From: Terriglobia bacterium | GTDB taxonomy: Bacteria; Acidobacteriota; Terriglobia; 20CM-2-55-15 | Assembly: GCA_963664115.2 (NCBI GenBank) | Contig: CAXWPJ010000002.1 | Location: 224,001 to 288,000 of the forward strand | DNA: 64,000 bases | Direction of reading: 5' to 3' | In this document: one piece after another, positions 20,167 through 30,047 of the stretch | Layout: the number at the start of each line of letters is the position of its first letter | How positions within the stretch are numbered: position 1 is the stretch's first letter | Translations under genes and position numbers: made by a program | Notes under the pieces: model-generated | Databases searched by the model: none | The model's input: only the letters and a program-made list of their open reading frames with translations | What the model was told of the DNA's origin: nothing

Positions 20167-21213
20167 ATGAAATTCAAAGCAGCGTATTCGATCGGTTTCT
20201 GTTTCCTTGGATCGGCTCTCGCTCTCGGCGGCATCACTGCCGCAGGGCAACAAAACACCGACGGACAGCGGCGGTTTCCACAACCAGCTCCTGAGAAGGA
20301 AGTGACGGTTACCACAATTCCAGACGTCATCGCGGCTGGGGCTGAATGGCAGCTCGTGTGGCAAGGACCCGACAACGCCGACGGCCTCGTCGGTACAACA
20401 GACGGCGGGATCTTGTTTGCACAGGAACAGCCAAGCACCGTTGGTATGCTCGATCCGAACGACAACTTCTCGATCTTCGTAAGGGATACCAATGGCACCG
20501 GCGGCCTGAGTTTCGACAATGAGGGCCGTCTGATCGGGGCGGAAAGGACCTGCTCGGATCCAGGCGGGAAACCCGAAGAATGTCGTGAACCGGCGAGATT
20601 GGTCGTCCTTCATCCCACACGTGAAGTCCTGGCGAGCGACTATAACGGTCAGACGTTTTGGCGCATGAGAGGCGACATCGCCGTGGATTCCAGAGGGGGT
20701 GCATACTTCGCGGACGTTGGCGGCACTTACTACGTCGATCCTGCCGGTGAAGTTGGCCTGATTGCGGACATGGACGAAGTAGGCACAAACGGGATGATAC
20801 TGAGCCCCGATGAAAAAACGCTCTACATGACGAATGGCAACACGATTGTGGCTTACGATGTCGGGCCCGATGGGGCCACTACAAACAAGCGGACCTTTAC
20901 CACGCTGGAAGACGGATCCAGGGGAGACGGCTTGTTCGTCGACTCTGAGGATCGCCTGTACGTCACAGCAGGCGCCTCCGGTATTCAGGTGTTCAGCCGC
21001 CAGGGTAACTACTTGGGCACCATTCCTCTGCCACGGTCAGCATCGAGTGCGGCGTTTTCCGGGCCAGACAAGAAGGTGCTTTACGCCAAAGGCGCCGGCA
21101 TGAAGCTCCCCGACGGGGGCGAGTACAGAACCCCTGAGGGTGTGAGAAATAACGCCAAGGCCATTTACAAAATCGACATGATCGCCCAAGGATTCAAAGG
21201 CCGCGCGCGATAG
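20167..21213 (+). CDS. Secreted SMP-30/gluconolactonase family protein
   Basis: Signal peptide; NGMILSPDEKTLY, GDGLFVDSEDRLYV, AFSGPDKKVLY propeller motifs. Confidence 0.85.
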   Translation: MKFKAAYSIGFCFLGSALALGGITAAGQQNTDGQRRFPQPAPEKEVTVTTIPDVIAAGAEWQLVWQGPDNADGLVGTTDGGILFAQEQPSTVGMLDPNDNFSIFVRDTNGTGGLSFDNEGRLIGAERTCSDPGGKPEECREPARLVVLHPTREVLASDYNGQTFWRMRGDIAVDSRGGAYFADVGGTYYVDPAGEVGLIADMDEVGTNGMILSPDEKTLYMTNGNTIVAYDVGPDGATTNKRTFTTLEDGSRGDGLFVDSEDRLYVTAGASGIQVFSRQGNYLGTIPLPRSASSAAFSGPDKKVLYAKGAGMKLPDGGEYRTPEGVRNNAKAIYKIDMIAQGFKGRAR

Positions 21214-21303
21214 CTTCTGCCTGGGGTTTTGCGTTATAAGATTAACAAGAAGTATTGAATCGGAGTACCGCTCATGGGGCAATCAGTCGAACCTTCATAA
21301 CTA

Positions 21304-21331
21304 TTGACAGCCTGTGGTTCGTAATTATAAT
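21304..21331 (+). promoter_or_regulatory. Consensus sigma70 promoter
   Basis: TTGACA-16 nt-TATAAT upstream of the CDS at 21397. Confidence 0.7.
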
Positions 21332-21396
21332 GCCGCAATGTGCGAGAAACCTCGCGGGTATTGGAACAAAAAACAGATCGTTACGAGGACAAACAA

Positions 21397-22338
21397 ATGC
21401 GAAGTCTAATTATTGTCACGAGCATGGCTTTGGCGGGGGTGCTGGCTTTCTCCTCGGTCACGGTGAGACAGGCAGCAGGTCAAGGAAATGCGGGGACTGG
21501 GGGACGCACGAGCGAAAGCGGGAATGACAGCATCACCCTGCCGTCGGTCCCGCCGCCGGAGGGTTGGCTGAGTTGTCCGCGGTGTCAGAACAACGACGAT
21601 CGAGCCGCTGCGTGGGCGGATTTCGGGATAGATGGACGTCAGTTTGATCCGAGTGACCTCGCGGGAGTGTGGGGCTGGGGACCGGATAACACAAACGCGG
21701 GTGCATTTGACGATGACAACGTGCCCGCTCTGACGGAGTATGGAGAGCAGCAGCGGCAAGCCACCTTCGCAGATGAGGGTCGGCCACTGCGTTCGAAAGA
21801 CACGTCGGGTCGGGGTTCAGGCAGCTTTGTCAACTGCGATCCTTACTCATGGCCACGCTTGTACGCCTACAACTTCGGATTCGAATTCATGGTGACGCCC
21901 GACAGAGTGCTTCAGTTTTTTGAACTGGGCCACACCTGGCGAACGATCTGGACTGACGGGCGGGAACTTCCCGAGTTTCCCCCAGAGTTGCGCTGGCTCG
22001 GATGGAGCGTGGGGCATTGGGAAGGCGATACCTTCGTCGTCGAGTCGAATGGCTTTGACGACAGGTCCTGGATCAACGCAAGTGCTCCCGACGGAGGCTG
22101 GACACATAGCGACGAGATGAGCGTCGTGGAACGCTACACGCGCACGGACTACGGCACACTGGAAGGGGAAATGACGATCATCGATCCCCGGACCTACGTG
22201 GAGCCATGGGTGACCCCGATGAGCACCTTCAAGCTGAACCCTGGCACCGAGTTGTACGAAAATTTCTGCGCCCCTTCCGATTACGAGCAGTTCAACAATC
22301 GCGTTTTCAACCCGGCGGCAGCGGGCGAAAACCAGTAA
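21397..22338 (+). CDS. Exported 'GxWEGDTLVV' family protein (paralog 1; extra CPRC motif)
   Basis: Signal peptide; DLAGVW, CDPYSWPR, WLGWSVGHWEGDTFVVE, HSDEM, YENFC. Confidence 0.85.
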   Translation: MRSLIIVTSMALAGVLAFSSVTVRQAAGQGNAGTGGRTSESGNDSITLPSVPPPEGWLSCPRCQNNDDRAAAWADFGIDGRQFDPSDLAGVWGWGPDNTNAGAFDDDNVPALTEYGEQQRQATFADEGRPLRSKDTSGRGSGSFVNCDPYSWPRLYAYNFGFEFMVTPDRVLQFFELGHTWRTIWTDGRELPEFPPELRWLGWSVGHWEGDTFVVESNGFDDRSWINASAPDGGWTHSDEMSVVERYTRTDYGTLEGEMTIIDPRTYVEPWVTPMSTFKLNPGTELYENFCAPSDYEQFNNRVFNPAAAGENQ

Positions 22339-22585
22339 TCCGAGTCTGACTGAGAGAGTTATGGGGCGTTTTTCGCCTCACAGCTCTGACCGTCCCTGAT
22401 CACCCCCCGACTCTCATCACTTCTTTGGCGAGCAGATATTCGAATCCTTCTGGCGGGCTTGCTGACGGGCTTGGCTCTAGGGGCAGACAACAGAAGCGGC
22501 CTTTCCTCGATTCACATCACAGGAAAGGCCGGTCTGAAAGTTGAACGCACGGGCGGGTCACCGTCCGGGGCCGAAGCAAAATCGA

Positions 22586-23023
22586 TCAGCGCGTGTTGCT
22601 GGTAAAGGATTCGCTTGAGTCGGGGTCACCAATGATGGGGTCGCCATCTCTCGTAATCCAGCGGACAAGCAACACCGGCGCTTCGCCCACTCCTCCCATC
22701 CTTCCTCCAACCGTAATTTCTTCTCCGGGTCTGAGCGTGGCTCTACTCACACCCGCAGCCATCATCGTTTGTGGGGAAGACATTTCGCCAACCCAATGGA
22801 CGATATTTCCGTCCTCGCCCTTCACGTCAAAGTTCACAAACGTGTGGGGGTTCCTCCAGGTCATAGACGTGACAACCCCCGTCACGACGCCGTCCTCGGT
22901 ATATCCCGCGCGTCCGTGGTGCGCTGCCACCACACCGCCAAGCACAGTGAATACAACAATCATGGTCAAAGCTACAGTTGCCGTTCTCAGCCAAGTCCTC
23001 ACCTTGTACCTCCTTATTCCCAA
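22586..23023 (-). CDS. DUF6152-like exported protein
   Basis: Signal peptide ending VAA-HHG; WRNPH; W.GE; LRPGEEITV. Confidence 0.85.
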   Translation of the reverse strand: MGIRRYKVRTWLRTATVALTMIVVFTVLGGVVAAHHGRAGYTEDGVVTGVVTSMTWRNPHTFVNFDVKGEDGNIVHWVGEMSSPQTMMAAGVSRATLRPGEEITVGGRMGGVGEAPVLLVRWITRDGDPIIGDPDSSESFTSNTR

Positions 23024-23418
23024 TCGTCCTCAAGAGACTATGATTGGATTTAAGCGCCGGAAGCGACGATTGTCAAGTATATGCGATCCAGTTTCGACTC
23101 CGCTGCCCGATTCCCAAAGCAGGCAGGCCCATCAGGGATGGTTCAGGTCGACGAAAGTTGACCTCTTGTTATGGGTTTTCACGCCTCGATTCAACGCGCA
23201 CAAAAGCAATAGAATCTAGCAGGTCAATCGGCCACTACCCTATCCGGTGCCCCTTCCCTAAAGGCGGCCTCCGGTGCGCCCGACACAATGCTCGAACCCG
23301 AAGTCGCCATCATCCCCATGACGCGTTTGCTACAGATGCAAATCGGGTTGCCCCGTTTGAACGTGAAGCAAAACTACTGCATCAGTGAAGCATGCCGGAG
23401 GGACACTTCAAGCCCGTA

Positions 23419-25620
23419 TTAAAAGTCGAAGGACCGGGTGAATTTGACAATGACGGACCGGTCGATCTCCGCGAGCGAGCCGAGACCCTCCCGAAACGCA
23501 TTGACCACGATATACAAGTCGTCTCCGGGCTGGTAATTGTAGCGGAGCCGGAAATTGACCCCGAACCGGTCGCTTGTGCTCCTGTACTGAAATAGCGCGC
23601 TCGTCATCCACTTCCGGCTGAAGGCGACATTCAGCCTGCTGTTCATCACGTGAACGTTGACCGGCTGTCCTTCGGGCAGCTGCAGCCGGTCGAACGCGTA
23701 ACCGATCGTGGTCGACACGTGCTCATTGATGCGGACGTTCGGAGAGACATTCCATGTCTGCCGCTTCCCGCCCGGGCCGAAGTAATCGGCGTGGCTGCTA
23801 TATTCGATACTGCCCGTGAACCTCCAGGCAGGATTGAAGCTATAACGCATACGATAGTGCCACCACTCGTAGAGGCCGGGAGCAACCACGACGCTTGGAA
23901 CAAGCCGCAACGGGTCATCCAGAAATTCGACCTGCCGGCGCAGAAAGGTCGCGAGCCGGCTCCCGTCCTCGAAGTCAACGTTGAAGGGCATTTCATAGAA
24001 CTCCGTCTCCAGGTGGCGCTCTCGAACTCTGCGAAAGTGGTCGAAGCGAATGCCGAAATTGAGTTGCCGCACGCCAGGGATATTCGGCCGGGGAGACAGG
24101 TACAAACGGGCGCCATAAAAGCGCACACCGATGCGGCGGAGAAATCCGAGGTCGGTCCGGAAACCCGGATCGCTCTGCATCACTCGCAAGCCGGCGTATA
24201 GGAAATCGTCCTGCCATGTGGCTGTGGTCGAGCTGAGCTTCTGTTTCGCTTCAATCCCTGTTGTAAAAGAACGGGCCAGCAAGCCGGTGACGGTCAGATG
24301 TTCGAATAAGACGAAATTCTGATCGACGCCGACGACACGGTTGAAATCTCCGTCGCGGCCCTGCCTCTGGGTGAAGAACGCAGATACGATCGATCGCGAT
24401 AATACGTCGCGGCCGATGCGGATGACTCCGTAGTTGTCGCCGGGCTGGCCCTGGTCCTCGCCCGTCTGCACGTTCAGGGCCGCCAGTGTATATTTTTCCC
24501 CGACACGACCCGTCAGCTTGGCGCCTGCCACAATGGGAATGGGCTGGCCCTCCGGCGACAGGCCGATGCGCCGGCTGTGGAAAAGCTTCGCTTCCGGCTC
24601 GTGACTCTGTCGCACGATGCCGAAATCGAAAAGGTCCGCGCCCTCCAAAAAGAACTCCCGTTTTTCCGGAAAGAAGGTCGGAATCCGATCGAATCTAATG
24701 ATTTCATCATCTACTTCCGTCTGAGCGAAATCCGGATTCACCGTAAAATCCAAGCTCAGGCTCGAAGCGATCGGCACCTTGACCACCTCCAGACCGGCGT
24801 CCCCAAGCCAGTTCTGTCGCCGCTCGCCCGGCAGACCGCTGAGTGACTGTGTCAGGTTGATATAGGGCTTGATGCGTAAGCGAAGAGCGGATCGCACGTC
24901 GTCCAGGCCCCTCAGGTGTCCGGCCTGGGAAATCTGATAGAAGTTGAAATTGCGGCCGTAATTGCTCCAGGCGGTGAATTCGTTTTTCCGCCGGATGACC
25001 CTTTCGAAATCCACCCCGAAAACCAGCCCCGCCGCGCTTTGGGGGAAACGCAGCGACGTCAATGGAATCCGGATCTCCGCAGTCCAGCCTTCATTCGTGA
25101 TCTGAGTCTCCGACTCCCAACGCTCGTTCCAGTCCGTGTTCACTTCTCGCCCTTCGTTGGTGATCAATGCGTCGTACTGGGTCCCTCGCGGATTGATGCG
25201 AAACAGAAATGCGTTGCGGTGGCTGTGAAAAGTGTCCAGCAGGATGGTAAAGGTGTCGTCGTTGGCAAAGTTGGAACCGCGCCGCAACTCCTCCGCCAGG
25301 ATACGGGACGGGTCACTGTCGAAAGCCCGAATTCCGAAGTACAGGCTTGTGCCGTCGGTAAGAACGCGGACTTCCGTCCCCTCGGTCGCCGCACTCCCTT
25401 CGTCGGGATCCCGCTGGAGGAATCCACCGGCCAGGGACGCAGCTTGCCACTCGGGCTCGTCGAAAACCCCGTCGAGTGTCGGCCCCTGCTCGACGGTCAA
25501 AACCTGGAGAACGTGTGCGTCCGGATTGTTGGTTTCCGAAGTTTGTCCGGCCGCGGGCGCAATGGGAATACCCATGAGGATCAGTACGAATCCAACAGAC
25601 CACGGAACGAGTTTGCCCAT
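23419..25620 (-). CDS. CBM9-like N-terminal domain + DUF5916-like outer-membrane beta-barrel protein
   Basis: PTLDGVFDEPEW, GWTAEIRIP, TVNPDFAQTEVD, FFPEKREFFLEG, HSRRIG; C-terminal Phe. Confidence 0.8.
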   Translation of the reverse strand: MGKLVPWSVGFVLILMGIPIAPAAGQTSETNNPDAHVLQVLTVEQGPTLDGVFDEPEWQAASLAGGFLQRDPDEGSAATEGTEVRVLTDGTSLYFGIRAFDSDPSRILAEELRRGSNFANDDTFTILLDTFHSHRNAFLFRINPRGTQYDALITNEGREVNTDWNERWESETQITNEGWTAEIRIPLTSLRFPQSAAGLVFGVDFERVIRRKNEFTAWSNYGRNFNFYQISQAGHLRGLDDVRSALRLRIKPYINLTQSLSGLPGERRQNWLGDAGLEVVKVPIASSLSLDFTVNPDFAQTEVDDEIIRFDRIPTFFPEKREFFLEGADLFDFGIVRQSHEPEAKLFHSRRIGLSPEGQPIPIVAGAKLTGRVGEKYTLAALNVQTGEDQGQPGDNYGVIRIGRDVLSRSIVSAFFTQRQGRDGDFNRVVGVDQNFVLFEHLTVTGLLARSFTTGIEAKQKLSSTTATWQDDFLYAGLRVMQSDPGFRTDLGFLRRIGVRFYGARLYLSPRPNIPGVRQLNFGIRFDHFRRVRERHLETEFYEMPFNVDFEDGSRLATFLRRQVEFLDDPLRLVPSVVVAPGLYEWWHYRMRYSFNPAWRFTGSIEYSSHADYFGPGGKRQTWNVSPNVRINEHVSTTIGYAFDRLQLPEGQPVNVHVMNSRLNVAFSRKWMTSALFQYRSTSDRFGVNFRLRYNYQPGDDLYIVVNAFREGLGSLAEIDRSVIVKFTRSFDF

Positions 25621-25959
25621 CGTGTACCTCCGTGACGGCAACCCGCCCGCATACGTTGACAAAGGTCAGTGACCGCAGAAGGTTAGCAGATTCGCATAGA
25701 GAATCCATTAACGGGTGACATAATCACTAAACAATTTTGGGAGTTGAGAGTTTGTTTGCTTGGAATTTTCACCTTCGGTCTTTAGTAGTCTTTAGTGTGG
25801 TTGAGCGGGTTTTCGGCCCCGCGTCTGGCTGCACACCAAAACGATGAAACCGGCACTCGACCCGGCCACGACTCCGCATGTCTTGACTGAACACGGCATC
25901 GTCGGACTGTTCTCGACGCTTGCAACAAACGATGCGCAAGTGAAAAGAGGAGGCTTCAG

Positions 25960-26931
25960 ATGAGCTATCGGTTTTTCGCTTCGATGTATCCGCTGGCTGC
26001 CGCGTTCGCGGTGCTGTCACTGGCAGTTTCGACCGCCGGCCAGGGAACCTGGACTCCGCCCCGCACCGAGGACGGCCAGCCCGACCTGAAAGGAACCTGG
26101 ACGAACCCCACCATTACCCCTTTCGAACGACCCGATGCATTTGAGGGAAAATCGTTTGTCACCGAAGCGGAAGCGGCCCAACTGGAACAGCAGGCGGCTC
26201 TGAATAACGTGGATCGCCCGCCTGTTCCAGGCGACGTCGGAAGCTACAACCGATTCTGGTTCGACCCGGGAACAGAGGTCGTGTCGACCCTGAGGACGTC
26301 TCTTGTCGTCGACCCGCCTGAGGGCAGGGTTCCCCTGAGGCCGGAGGCGGAAGCGGAAAGGCTGTACGACCTCGAACACGTCGGAGACTCCTGGGAGCAC
26401 ATGAGCCCGTGGGACCGGTGCATCACGCGCGGTGTGCCCGGCGGAATGTTCCCTGCCGGCTACAACAATGCCTATCGGATTACACAGATACCCGGGTACG
26501 TCGTGATTCTTTACGAGATGATCCACGAGGCCCGTATCATCCCGGTGAACGGCGGTCCGCATCTGCCGCCGCACGTGCGGCAATGGAACGGCGATTCGCG
26601 CGGCCGCTGGGAGGGCAATACACTGGTCGTGGACACCACTAATTTCAACGGCAAGGGCTGGATCGCAACAAACGGTGCGGCCGGCCGCATCCGGGGCATC
26701 TCACAAAGCGAGGCCCTGCACGTGGTCGAACGCTTCACACGGGTCGATGAGGACACGATCCTGTACACAGTCACGATCGAAGATCCGAACGTGTATACGA
26801 GACCGTGGACGGTGGCGATTCCTTTGACCGGTGATCCGGATTATCAGATATTCGAGTACGCCTGCCAGGAAGGGAATGAAGCCGTTCGGAATATCCTCGC
26901 CGGAGGTCGCGCCGAAGACGCGCAGAATTGA
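25960..26931 (+). CDS. Exported 'GxWEGDTLVV' family protein (type B)
   Basis: GQPDLKGTW, TPFERP, RTSLVVDPPEGR, DRCITRG, YNNAY, WNGDSRGRWEGNTLVV, EYACQEGN. Confidence 0.88.
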   Translation: MSYRFFASMYPLAAAFAVLSLAVSTAGQGTWTPPRTEDGQPDLKGTWTNPTITPFERPDAFEGKSFVTEAEAAQLEQQAALNNVDRPPVPGDVGSYNRFWFDPGTEVVSTLRTSLVVDPPEGRVPLRPEAEAERLYDLEHVGDSWEHMSPWDRCITRGVPGGMFPAGYNNAYRITQIPGYVVILYEMIHEARIIPVNGGPHLPPHVRQWNGDSRGRWEGNTLVVDTTNFNGKGWIATNGAAGRIRGISQSEALHVVERFTRVDEDTILYTVTIEDPNVYTRPWTVAIPLTGDPDYQIFEYACQEGNEAVRNILAGGRAEDAQN

Positions 26932-27122
26932 ATGCGCAGGATTGAACCCAGTCGCGCCGGGTGGTTCCGATAGCCGCCTGCCGTAGATATTGGCTGAGCC
27001 TGCAGCTCTGGGTCTTAAGGCTTGGACATCGCACCCAGGGAATCGACCCCGAGCCCGAAGATCGCGACCCCGTCATCAACCACGCGGCACACTTCGACTG
27101 GAGTTATCTCGCGAGCGCCTGC

Positions 27123-27518
27123 TTACCGGACCTGGTTCGCCGGTGGCCCGCCGAGGAATATTTTGCGGCCGTCCGGGAAGGTCATATCCCGGCCGTTGGC
27201 GCGGTTCGAGCCGTCTCTCGACCGATAACCGTCCACGAGTATCTCTGTTCCAATCGGCAATGAATTTCTCGTGATGCCGTTCCGGAACAGCGTGTTCGGG
27301 GTCCCGCCTTCGATCATCCAGCGTGTGAGGGTGCCGTCTTCCTCTTCCACGTCGATGTGGAACCACGAATGAGGATTGATCAGTTCCGCCCGCACCAGGG
27401 TTCCTCTCAACTGTATCGGTTGGGCGGCGTCAAATTCAGACGTAAAGGCGTGATGCGCCCATAACGGCCCGCCGCTAAACAAGAGAACGGCGCATACCAT
27501 GACTACGTTTGTTCGCAT
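27123..27518 (-). CDS. DUF6152-like exported protein
   Basis: ATG 27518 after AGGAG; LWA-HHAFTSEFD, INPHSW, GGTPNTL, ANGRD. Confidence 0.88.
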   Translation of the reverse strand: MRTNVVMVCAVLLFSGGPLWAHHAFTSEFDAAQPIQLRGTLVRAELINPHSWFHIDVEEEDGTLTRWMIEGGTPNTLFRNGITRNSLPIGTEILVDGYRSRDGSNRANGRDMTFPDGRKIFLGGPPANQVR

Positions 27519-27529
27519 CTTGATTCTCC

Positions 27530-28474
27530 TTATTGGTCGCCTGCTGCCCGTGCCTCTTCCGCACGGGCGGCCTCGAGAAGATTCGTCATCGCGTAATTCC
27601 CCTCGTGGCACGCGTATTCGTAAATCAGACCGTCGCTTTTCACCATCGGGATCTGGCCGGTCCATGACCGGGTAAAGGTCGCCTCGTCGTCGATCGTGAA
27701 TTCGTACATCAGCGTGTCCGGGTCATCGCGTCTGAACCGTTCGATAACGCGCAGCCCAGCCCCTGAGTTTCTGAAATTGGTCCGGTCCGTAAAGTTGGTC
27801 GTCTCGACGACCAGCGTGTCCCCCTCCCAGTGGCCGCGTGAATCACCCATCAACTGGAGGGTCGTTTCGGGAAGATGCGGGCTGTCGTCGAGCGGGATGA
27901 TCCGGACCGCATGCATCAGTTCAGCCAGAATCGCGACATATCCGGGACTTTGCACGATCTGATAGTTGTTGTTGTAGGCAGTGGGCAGTATGGGCGGACC
28001 GGTGCTGCGCCACCAGATACAACGGTCGCCCAGCGACCGGCTCTCGGGACCGTCCGCGGGGTGGAGCCTGCGCTGCTCGGCCCGTTCCGCGGCCAGGGTC
28101 TCGGCTTCTTCGGTGAGCGGAGGAATCCGACCATCCGGTGGATCGATAATGATCGAAGTTCGGAGCGTCTTCACCAGGGTGGTCCCGCTGTCCCACCAGA
28201 AGTCGTTGTAAGCGCGACGCACGTCCGTCTCGGCAGGCCCGTCTCGACGGTCCCTGTTGGTACGTTCCAGCGTGTCTCTCACGTATTCGACAGCTTCCTC
28301 GTCCGTGAAAAACTCTTTATCCGCAAGCTCCTGAGGTCTTTCCAGCCGGGTGATCGTCCTGTTTGACCAGATTCCCTGGAGGTCGGGATCGCCCCACGGC
28401 GTGTTCTGCCCGGAAATGCCGGCCACCGGAAGAGCAACCAACACAATCATCACCAAAACAAATCGAAGTCTCAT
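27530..28474 (-). CDS. Exported 'GxWEGDTLVV' family protein (type B)
   Basis: TPWGDPDLQGIW, RTSIIIDPPDGRIP, DRC, AYNNNYQI, GDSRGHWEGDTLVVE, YEYACHEGNY. Confidence 0.88.
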   Translation of the reverse strand: MRLRFVLVMIVLVALPVAGISGQNTPWGDPDLQGIWSNRTITRLERPQELADKEFFTDEEAVEYVRDTLERTNRDRRDGPAETDVRRAYNDFWWDSGTTLVKTLRTSIIIDPPDGRIPPLTEEAETLAAERAEQRRLHPADGPESRSLGDRCIWWRSTGPPILPTAYNNNYQIVQSPGYVAILAELMHAVRIIPLDDSPHLPETTLQLMGDSRGHWEGDTLVVETTNFTDRTNFRNSGAGLRVIERFRRDDPDTLMYEFTIDDEATFTRSWTGQIPMVKSDGLIYEYACHEGNYAMTNLLEAARAEEARAAGDQ

Positions 28475-28522
28475 CTCTGATCCCTCCATTGGCTTCGCCA
28501 ATCTGACAGCGGGCAGGAAAAA

Positions 28523-29341
28523 TTAGTCTTCCGGTTGCTTGCGGAGATCACCATAAAGCAGTTCTTCGGCGAACTCCGGACACTTGAATTCCATGATCTG
28601 CGCGTTCTCTTCGACCCGGCGATAGAGCGGCATGCGTATGGTCCAGGGACGCGAGAACGTATTGGGATCCGTGATCGTAGCCTCGTACATCAAAGTGTCA
28701 GGGCTTCGAGGCGTGTAGCGTTCGACCACCTGCAGGGCGTTGCTGTGGAAGTTCCCTGTCCGGTCGAACCAGGTCTGGTCGTTCTGAGCGCTCACATCGA
28801 TCACCAGCGTGTCCCCCTCCCACCGGCCGTTGGACCACCCCATCCAACTGTCCGCAGGCGCCTCGGTCGCTTCCCCCATATTCACAACGCGAACAGCCCC
28901 TGCATATTCATAGCTGAACAGGACCGTGTCTTGACTCTGAACGATCTGAAACGGAAACGGCATGTATGTGGCTCGTGGCACGCCGGGCAAATAACATTTC
29001 ACTTCGGGATCGAGCATCAGCCTGTCCTCGAAGTTTTGATTTCTTTGCTCCAACGCAGCCGGCAGATACGGGATCGTCCCACCGTCAACGACGCCGATCC
29101 CTGGAGGTACCGCGAACTGTGCGCCAAACTGCGGCAGGACGGCCTGCGACGCAGCATGGGCCTCGATATTCCAGTGTGCCTCACTGAGGCTCTGCCAAAT
29201 CCCGTTCAGATCGGGTCTGCCGTCTGCAAGTCGCGGTGCCTGGTAGGCGGGTACCTGGCCCGCCGCCGTGGTCGGGAACAACCCGGACCCGAGCGTGACT
29301 AATAACATCGCCAGCATAGGAATTTTCAAGCGGCATAGCAT
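28523..29341 (-). CDS. Exported 'GxWEGDTLVV' family protein (type A)
   Basis: GRPDLNGIWQ, DPEVKCYLPGVPRATYMPFPFQI, WMGWSNGRWEGDTLV, EFKCPEFAEE. Confidence 0.88.
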   Translation of the reverse strand: MLCRLKIPMLAMLLVTLGSGLFPTTAAGQVPAYQAPRLADGRPDLNGIWQSLSEAHWNIEAHAASQAVLPQFGAQFAVPPGIGVVDGGTIPYLPAALEQRNQNFEDRLMLDPEVKCYLPGVPRATYMPFPFQIVQSQDTVLFSYEYAGAVRVVNMGEATEAPADSWMGWSNGRWEGDTLVIDVSAQNDQTWFDRTGNFHSNALQVVERYTPRSPDTLMYEATITDPNTFSRPWTIRMPLYRRVEENAQIMEFKCPEFAEELLYGDLRKQPED

Positions 29342-29771
29342 TCGATCTCTCTCCTCTCCAAAACTACGCTTCAGGGAAACGTGTCCCCTGCTTGTCGGGA
29401 ATGATCCCTTCAAACAGGTCCGATGTCAACGAACATCCGATGGGATTCACAACCCTTACCAGGGCTGTAAATCGACAACTTATGCGTGCAGAACCGTCGC
29501 TTCCTTTCCTGGACCCGGAGGCCACCGATCAATTGAGGACAATCAACGATCCCGCAACGCGTCCTCGTCGTGCCCGCTCCAACGACTGCGACCTCACGTT
29601 GATAAGCGGGACGGAAACCGCTGCCATACACCGTTGCTGCGACCCCGTCTGCCCGGACTCTCCGGAATGTCACGGGCAAAAGCGGCATAATGGACATTAT
29701 GCCGCTAGAGACCGCTGAATTCCCTAACTGCAAGCAACCATTGAATGAAAAGACCTGAACCTACCAAAGTG

Positions 29772-29811
29772 ATTCTCACTGTCCGACAAGGTCTTCTCGG
29801 ACATTGAGAAT
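29772..29811. repeat. Palindromic putative recombination site, copy 1 (two 'right-type' arms)
   Basis: ATTCTCACTGTCCGACAA-GGTC-TTCTCGGACATTGAGAAT. Confidence 0.8.
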
Positions 29812-30047
29812 TTCACCGAACGGAAACTCTCCTCTCGCCTGCCGTTCCTTGGGGTCGTTGCCTGCTCGCCGGGCACCGAGATCCCCGAGGCGTCGGGAGA
29901 CTTGATGTGGTTCGAAGGCGGCCGATTGATCGTGGGGGACGGCAGCGCTATTATCACTGATTCAGCCGGAGGTGACTGCCATGTCCCTGCTTTCGACGTC
30001 CGCTGACCACACACACGCTCACTCCTGAAAAAGATGGGCCCCTGCAT

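Noticed and set aside
29410-29733. 107-aa minus-strand ORF upstream of the type A gene
   Set aside because: No RBS or recognisable domain.
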